DNA of 64,000 bases from an archaeon (GTDB lineage: Archaea > Iainarchaeota > Iainarchaeia > Iainarchaeales > JAAZKV01), in the NCBI GenBank assembly GCA_041664905.1, contig JBAYJX010000001.1, forward strand, positions 3,063 through 67,062, read 5' to 3'. Both the position numbers and the translations under genes were made by a program. The notes beneath the pieces were generated by a model. It saw only the letters and a program-made list of their open reading frames with translations. It was not told the origin of the DNA and searched no databases. This document shows, piece by piece, positions 58,987 to 64,000 of this stretch. Within the stretch, counting starts at the first letter, position 1; the number at the start of each line of letters is the position of its first letter.

Positions 58987-59958
58987 TTTAAATGGTTCGT
59001 TTACTTCTAACCCCTCAATTTCTTTCCAAATCTGTTCTTTTAATGGAATTTCTCCAGTTTCTATAAAATACTTACAACGCATAATATTTTTAGGGTTTGC
59101 ACAGCCCACTAAAGACAAAAATCTTCGTACTTCTTCTTGTTTTTGAATACGTACATTCACATCACTTTTTGAGGGAGTAAAACCAACTTTTCGCAATAAC
59201 TCACAAATATTGCATCTAATGTCTGAAGATTCCGTTTGAAACTCTATTATTGCACGTTTGTAGTTCTTTTGTTTTTGATAAATCCCGCCATCAGTATCCA
59301 AGAGCCCCCTTAACGCCCCACAAGCATACTCCTCTTTTTCAAAAATCCAACGGGGCAAAGAACTTTTATTTTTTATTTTATCACCAATCATAAATCCATT
59401 GGCCCGAAAATATTTCACAAATTCCACCGAATTAATTAGAAGATTCGTGGCTTTACATCGTTTAGAATTATAAGTACATGCTTTTAGCCCAAATAATTTT
59501 TGTATTTTACCTGAAATATATTTGTGATGCGCTTTTTCATAAAGGTTACCGGTTATTGTTATTGTTTTCGGGTTTAGATTACCATCGCCCAAAATCACAC
59601 CAAAAACTTCTGCCAAACCCTCACTTTTTGTAGGAACTACAAGCACCTTCTTGTTTTTACCGCCCGCCTTCTTTTGGCCCCAATTCTTGACAAGCACTTT
59701 GTCGACCCATTGACTCTGAATTATTTCCCAACTTTCAAAGGGCACTTTATCTAAAAGATTTTTCGCACAACTTAAAGGAACTGTACTGACTTCTGTAGCC
59801 CAATCAACTCTTAGGGTGTGTTCCGATAAGTTCACGAACTCAGCTAATCTTTGCCAAGTTAACCCGCTCTTTTGTTTTATTTGTTTAATAAACTCTTTTT
59901 GCATTCCACTTTTGAATTTTAATCGTTCTTCTCTTATTTGCTCATACTGCTTACGCAT
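58972..59958 (-). CDS. LAGLIDADG-family homing endonuclease-like protein
   Basis: 328 aa with two LAGLIDADG motifs (VFGVILGDGNL and LRGLLDTDGGI) and an N-terminal HTH-like region. The 3' end overlaps the first ~15 nt of tRNA-Gly. Confidence 0.7.
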   Translation of the reverse strand: MRKQYEQIREERLKFKSGMQKEFIKQIKQKSGLTWQRLAEFVNLSEHTLRVDWATEVSTVPLSCAKNLLDKVPFESWEIIQSQWVDKVLVKNWGQKKAGGKNKKVLVVPTKSEGLAEVFGVILGDGNLNPKTITITGNLYEKAHHKYISGKIQKLFGLKACTYNSKRCKATNLLINSVEFVKYFRANGFMIGDKIKNKSSLPRWIFEKEEYACGALRGLLDTDGGIYQKQKNYKRAIIEFQTESSDIRCNICELLRKVGFTPSKSDVNVRIQKQEEVRRFLSLVGCANPKNIMRCKYFIETGEIPLKEQIWKEIEGLEVNEPFKATLI

Positions 59959-60094
59959 AAATTAGCCATTCTATTTTTGACTTTAAATCTCTTATGTAAC
60001 CTTCATGCCGACCTTGAGAAATCCAATTAAGCAGTTTTTTAAATAAAACGCAAGAGTTTTTTATTAACGAGCGCTAGGTAGTAGCCACTACTGT

Positions 60095-60117
60095 GCTACT
60101 GAAAGTAGCCATTTTTT
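60095..60117 (+). other. perfect hairpin GCTACT-GAAA-AGTAGC followed by T6
   Basis: This is a 6-bp stem with a GNRA tetraloop and a TTTTTT tract, lying inside a cluster of AGTAGCC repeats about 45 nt upstream of tRNA-Cys. Confidence 0.3.
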
Positions 60118-60159
60118 AGTGCACGTTTCTCAGCAAAACCCAAGTTTTGCGAGGAAAGT

Positions 60160-60230
60160 GCAGGGTTAGCAAAGCGGTTATGCATTCCCCTGCAGAGGGA
60201 ATTAGGGGGGTTCAACTCCCTCACCCTGCT
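60160..60230 (+). tRNA. tRNA-Cys (anticodon GCA)
   Basis: Manual fold gives a perfect 7-bp acceptor GCAGGGT/ACCCTGC. The anticodon arm is TTCCC-CTGCAGA-GGGAA with U33. The T-arm is GGGGG-TTCAACT-CCCTC, and the discriminator U matches Cys identity. Confidence 0.8.
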
Positions 60231-60256
60231 TTTAATAATAGTCAAGTGAATCAAAA

Positions 60257-60463
60257 ATGGAACTCAAACTTGGTAAATATCGCCACTACAAGGGCAAAGA
60301 GTGTGAAGTGATTGGAGTGGCTAGACATAGTGAGACCTTGGAAGAAATGGTTGTTTATCGAGAACTAAAAGAAAACGAGCTTTGGGTTAGACCACTAGCA
60401 ATGTTTAAAGAAAAAGTTATTGTAAATGGAAAAGAAGTTAATAGATTTGAGTTTCACGAATAA
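60257..60463 (+). CDS. DUF1653-like small protein
   Basis: 68 aa. YRHYKGKECEVIGVARHSETLEEMVVYREL...WVRP resembles DUF1653. Confidence 0.45.
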   Translation: MELKLGKYRHYKGKECEVIGVARHSETLEEMVVYRELKENELWVRPLAMFKEKVIVNGKEVNRFEFHE

Positions 60464-60505
60464 TATTTGATTTAATTAAAGTAATTTTTAAAACTAATTT
60501 ATTTT

Positions 60506-61384
60506 CTACATTAATGTCATTGCAAGTAACAAACTTGCGCCTATTGCAATTAGTGCTCCAACGCATTGGTGAGGAGTAATTTTTTCTTTGTTAATTAATA
60601 CCCCAAGAACTATTGCTATTACAGGGTAACTTTCGGTGATTGCGGTTATTACCCCAATATTATAGGATGAAGTTGCCACTGCATAAAATAACCAAGCAGC
60701 CGTATCAAAAACTGCCATACCCAAAACAAGTAGTTTATATTTTTTTATATTTACAAGAGAATTTCTTAGTTTTCCTTGTTTTACTAAAAAAATAAAACAA
60801 ACTATCCCAGTAACTAAAAAAGGAAACCAAACAGCCATTATTGGAGAAATTTGTCGAGAAGATAACGCAGTAAAAGAATTAATTAAACCCATTCCGACAG
60901 CTGCAACTATTCCCAAAATTACCCCTTTCTCAATTCGCTGGAAAGGATTACTTACTTTTTTTGAGCCACTCCCAACAGCCATTAATAATATTCCAAAAAA
61001 TATTGGGGCGACAAGCAATAGTTGCCAAATAGAAAGAACCTCACTAAACAAAACAAACCCCAAAACAATTGTTACAGGCAACTCAAACTCAATTACCACT
61101 TCAACAACAGAAATTTTTCCTTTTTTGAATGCTTCAAAAGTAAACATTGCCCCAACAAAAGTAATTATTCCCAAAAGCAACAAAACTAATAAATTTTCTA
61201 ATGAAAAAAGGAGGTTTAAATCGTTTAAAACAAAAGGAAATAAACAAATAGCTCCAACAAAACACAAAAAAGCAAGTGCTTCTAAATCACCTATCTTTCT
61301 TACTGCTTTTTGGATTAAAAAATCTCCAAAACCCCAAAAAACCATTGCTGCAAAAGCAGCTAATAATACCAGTTCAAAAGCCAT
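60506..61384 (-). CDS. EamA/DMT-superfamily transporter
   Basis: 292 aa with ten TM helices in two EamA repeats. Confidence 0.7.
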   Translation of the reverse strand: MAFELVLLAAFAAMVFWGFGDFLIQKAVRKIGDLEALAFLCFVGAICLFPFVLNDLNLLFSLENLLVLLLLGIITFVGAMFTFEAFKKGKISVVEVVIEFELPVTIVLGFVLFSEVLSIWQLLLVAPIFFGILLMAVGSGSKKVSNPFQRIEKGVILGIVAAVGMGLINSFTALSSRQISPIMAVWFPFLVTGIVCFIFLVKQGKLRNSLVNIKKYKLLVLGMAVFDTAAWLFYAVATSSYNIGVITAITESYPVIAIVLGVLINKEKITPHQCVGALIAIGASLLLAMTLM

Positions 61385-61575
61385 AATAGTAAAATGATTT
61401 TCTTATTTAAATACCCTGCTGAAAAACCAAAAAACAATGAATAGAATGCCGGAAAATCCAGGAAGCTAGTCAAATGCGGAGCACCTAACTTAAGCTTTAT
61501 AAAGGTTTTCTTAGGCAATTATTTAGAAATGGCTAAAACTTATTTTTAGCATTATATTTATACTGGTGAGTAAAA

Positions 61576-62403
61576 ATGGGAATTAGACCTGCACAATGTT
61601 ATAGAAGCCCAAGACACGGCGTAAGACTACGAAAAGGCTCAGGCAGATTCGCAAGAGTAAAGAAACAACAAAGAGCTTACACTAGAATTGCTATTAATGT
61701 TCCCGATAAGAACTATATCGGAGCAGCACCACAATTAAAAATAAGACAATTCAACATGGGAAACCCATTACTAAAATATGACACAGTTGCTGATTTACTT
61801 GTAAAAGATTCTATTGATATTAGAGACAATGCTATTGAAAGTGTTAGATCCACTGTTAATAGAAAATTGTCAAAAGACTTAGGAAAAGACGCTTACTTCA
61901 TGAAAGTAAGAGTTTATCCATCACACTTAATTAGAGAAAACAAACAAGCCCAAGGAGCTGGAGCTGATCGTGTATCACAAGGAATGACACTAGCTTTTGG
62001 AGTACCAATTGGAAGAATGGCAAGAGTAAACTCAGGCCAAGTAATGCTTAGCGTATTATGCATGAAAGAACAAAAAGAAACTGTTAAAACTGCTTTAATG
62101 AGAGCAAACGCAAAATTCCCATGCAAAGTAGAAGTAAAATTCCATACTGACATTAAAAGTTTAGGAACACTTCCTTCAAAAGCAATCGAAGAACTTATTA
62201 TTGAAGTTAAGAAAGAAGAAGTTGCACCAGGAACAGAAGGAGCAGCCGCAGCACCCGGAACAGAAGCTGCCAAAGCAGGCGCAGTTGCAGCAGGCGGAAA
62301 AACACCTGCCGCAGGAACAGCACCCGCAGCCGGAGCAAAAGCACCAGCAGCAGGTTCAGGAAAAGCTGGACAAGCACCAGCAAAACCAGCTGGAAAAAAG
62401 TAA
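61576..62403 (+). CDS. rpl10e: 50S ribosomal protein L10e (uL16) with Ala/Pro/Gly/Lys-rich C-terminal tail
   Basis: It has MGIRPAQCYR, the AFGVPIGRMARVNSGQVMLSV core and KFPCKVEVKFH. A ~60-aa low-complexity tail (AAAAPGTEAAKAGAVAAGGKTPAAG...) is encoded by locally GC-rich DNA. Confidence 0.85.
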   Translation: MGIRPAQCYRSPRHGVRLRKGSGRFARVKKQQRAYTRIAINVPDKNYIGAAPQLKIRQFNMGNPLLKYDTVADLLVKDSIDIRDNAIESVRSTVNRKLSKDLGKDAYFMKVRVYPSHLIRENKQAQGAGADRVSQGMTLAFGVPIGRMARVNSGQVMLSVLCMKEQKETVKTALMRANAKFPCKVEVKFHTDIKSLGTLPSKAIEELIIEVKKEEVAPGTEGAAAAPGTEAAKAGAVAAGGKTPAAGTAPAAGAKAPAAGSGKAGQAPAKPAGKK

Positions 62404-62513
62404 AAGAAATTCTACTTTATTTGATGAACACGAAAGTGTTCATCACAAATTTTTTTTAATTAAAATAAGCAAAAGCTTAGTTCACTTTTTTTATTAAATA
62501 AAATTCGAAACAA

Positions 62514-63188
62514 TTACTTTAACCCAGCTTCAATTGAATCAACATCTTCAGCAGAAACTATTTCAAAACCATCGCCATCGTATTCTAACTCAAACAAAGC
62601 ACAATCCTTTATCCCACTTATTTCAAAACCCAGTATTTCTCTAAAAATAACTGTAATTGGACCACCGTGAGTAACAAAAGCAATTGATTCTGTTTCATTG
62701 GCAAACTCTTCTTCAACAATCTCATTAAACGCATCAATTACTCTTTTGCAAAAAGCAAAATACTCTTCACTCCCTTGAACATGATGATAAGGATTCGTTG
62801 CTTCAAGCTCTTCTACTTCATCAGGAAATTCTTTTTTAGCATCCGCTTTAATCATCCCAGTCATTACCCCATACTGGTTTCTTTCCCTAATATTTGCTAC
62901 ACTTATTACTTTAGCAGGAATAATTTTTGAAAGAATTGCCGTAGTTTCAATCGCCCTAATTTTTGGGCTAGTAAAGAAAGTACTTATTTCACTATCTTCT
63001 AGTTTTCCAGCAAGTTCAGTAGCTTGTTTCTTTCCTTTTGGAGAAAGGTGATCATCAAAGTCCCCCCCATAACGCACTTCAACGTCCCCAGTAGTTTCGC
63101 CATGCCTTAAGAGAAAAACTCGCATAAAATCACACAGACAAAATAATTCCAAAACTTTATAATTGTGCCCAAAATGAGAAAATTTCAC
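62514..63188 (-). CDS. histidine phosphatase superfamily protein (phosphoglycerate mutase-like)
   Basis: It has the catalytic RHGETTGD (RHG) motif and a downstream His (VTHGGP). Confidence 0.75.
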   Translation of the reverse strand: MKFSHFGHNYKVLELFCLCDFMRVFLLRHGETTGDVEVRYGGDFDDHLSPKGKKQATELAGKLEDSEISTFFTSPKIRAIETTAILSKIIPAKVISVANIRERNQYGVMTGMIKADAKKEFPDEVEELEATNPYHHVQGSEEYFAFCKRVIDAFNEIVEEEFANETESIAFVTHGGPITVIFREILGFEISGIKDCALFELEYDGDGFEIVSAEDVDSIEAGLK

Positions 63189-63231
63189 TAAAAATTAGAA
63201 AAATGGCTTAAGTGAATTAAATTAGTATTAA

Positions 63232-63933
63232 TTATTCTCCTCCAAAGTAAACTTCTCTGAGCTTTTTGTTTTTCATAATTGATTTGTCGCCTTGTAAAGC
63301 AATTCTTCCTGATTCTAATACAAATGTTTTGTCAGCCATCCCTACAGCTTTTTTTGCATTCTGCTCAACAATAACAATCCCCACACCTTCTTTATTTATC
63401 TCGCGTATTTTTTCAAACACTTCATTCATTGCTTTTGGACTCAAACCCAAAGAAGGTTCATCTAAGAGAAGCATTTCGGGGTCTTGAATTAGAGCACGAG
63501 CAAGCGCAAGTAATTGTTGTTGCCCGCCAGAAAGAGTAAAAGCGTAATCGTTTTGCTTTTGCTTAAGCATTGGAAATTTATTAAACACATCAGCAAGGTT
63601 TCTTTTCACAAGCTCTTTATCATTAAAAGAAAAAGCCCCCATCTCAAGGTTTTCTTTAACAGTCAAATCAGAAAACACTTGTCTACCTTGAGGAACATAA
63701 CTAATCCCTTCCCTAATCAACTCAAAAGAAGGTAGTTTTGTAATATCTTTATCTTTGAACATTATTTTTCCGCTAGAAATATCACACAAATTAAAAATAC
63801 TTTTTAGCAAAGTGCTTTTACCACAACCATTAGGCCCAATAATTGCAGTAACCCCATTATCTGCAACCAACTCAATTCCGTGAAGAACCTCGGAACCACC
63901 ATAGCCTGATTTTAAATTAGAAATTTTTAACAT
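63232..63933 (-). CDS. ABC transporter ATP-binding protein (LivF-like)
   Basis: It has Walker A GPNGCGKST, the ABC signature LSGGQQQ, Walker B LLLDEPS and an H-loop. Confidence 0.85.
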   Translation of the reverse strand: MLKISNLKSGYGGSEVLHGIELVADNGVTAIIGPNGCGKSTLLKSIFNLCDISSGKIMFKDKDITKLPSFELIREGISYVPQGRQVFSDLTVKENLEMGAFSFNDKELVKRNLADVFNKFPMLKQKQNDYAFTLSGGQQQLLALARALIQDPEMLLLDEPSLGLSPKAMNEVFEKIREINKEGVGIVIVEQNAKKAVGMADKTFVLESGRIALQGDKSIMKNKKLREVYFGGE

Positions 63934-64000
63934 AGAAAAATAAGGGCGAAAGACATATTTATTCCTTCGCCCAAGTTGAAATTAGTTTACTTCGTAAGGA

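Noticed and set aside
61914-62497. ORFs 62201..62497 (+, Q/E/H-rich) and 61914..62273 (-, Ala/Ser-rich) overlapping the L10e tail
   Set aside because: They are alternative-frame translations of the GC-rich low-complexity tail of rpl10e. Their open length is a by-product of the stop-poor GC-rich repeat, not independent genes.
1-64000. CRISPR arrays and rRNA genes
   Set aside because: There are no regularly spaced direct repeats of 25-40 nt with unique spacers. No GC-rich rRNA-like stretches were seen anywhere in the window.

Overview
This is an AT-rich archaeal chromosomal segment of roughly one-third GC. Its gene content and divergent sequences suggest a small-genome DPANN-like archaeon, but that lineage call is an inference only. 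The window is dense with information-processing genes on both strands. From the start it holds trpE-trpG-trpD and an archaeal/eukaryotic-type TrpRS, then two tandem paralogous unknown genes, SerRS, and a PHP phosphoesterase with a basic-repeat tail. A near-complete archaeal exosome/proteasome superoperon follows on the minus strand: Rpp30, Pop5, [two inserted membrane genes], PsmA, SBDS, Rrp4, Rrp41, Rrp42, L37ae, RpoP (missed by the ORF track), Pcc1 and prefoldin-beta, with L15e upstream. Next come a TtuA/NcsA-like tRNA thiolase, a 537-aa coiled-coil protein, and a GT2/MTase/GtrA/GT39-like glycosylation cluster. After that are Sm-like protein, MinD, two roadblock-like small proteins and an NYN nuclease, then Nudix, aIF5A, a standalone ThiI-type PP-loop protein, HIT, MCM, and a presenilin/SPP-type intramembrane protease with YD/GxGD/PAL motifs. 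The conserved aIF2beta, MTase, aIF1A, RIO1, KH(Dim2) neighbourhood follows, then TopoVI B and A, Mre11-like, and a THUMP protein with a degenerate PP-loop. Further on, a TrmB regulator and a Liv-type binding protein flank an uncharacterised operon of M29 aminopeptidase-like, class-III aminotransferase, PhnP-like MBL, radical SAM and APH-like kinase genes. The end of the window looks accessory or mobile: a Bro-N fragment, AKR, Fic, a mini-kinase, a tRNA-3'-end-like hairpin, tRNA-Gly(CCC), a LAGLIDADG endonuclease ORF and tRNA-Cys(GCA). It closes with L10e carrying a GC-rich Ala/Pro tail, a histidine phosphatase and a LivF-like ABC ATPase. Two loci, at about 37.73-38.05 kb and 41.5-41.9 kb, show long stop-free coding frames with no canonical start; both are best explained by homopolymer indels or real frameshifts. 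No rRNA and no CRISPR array were seen.
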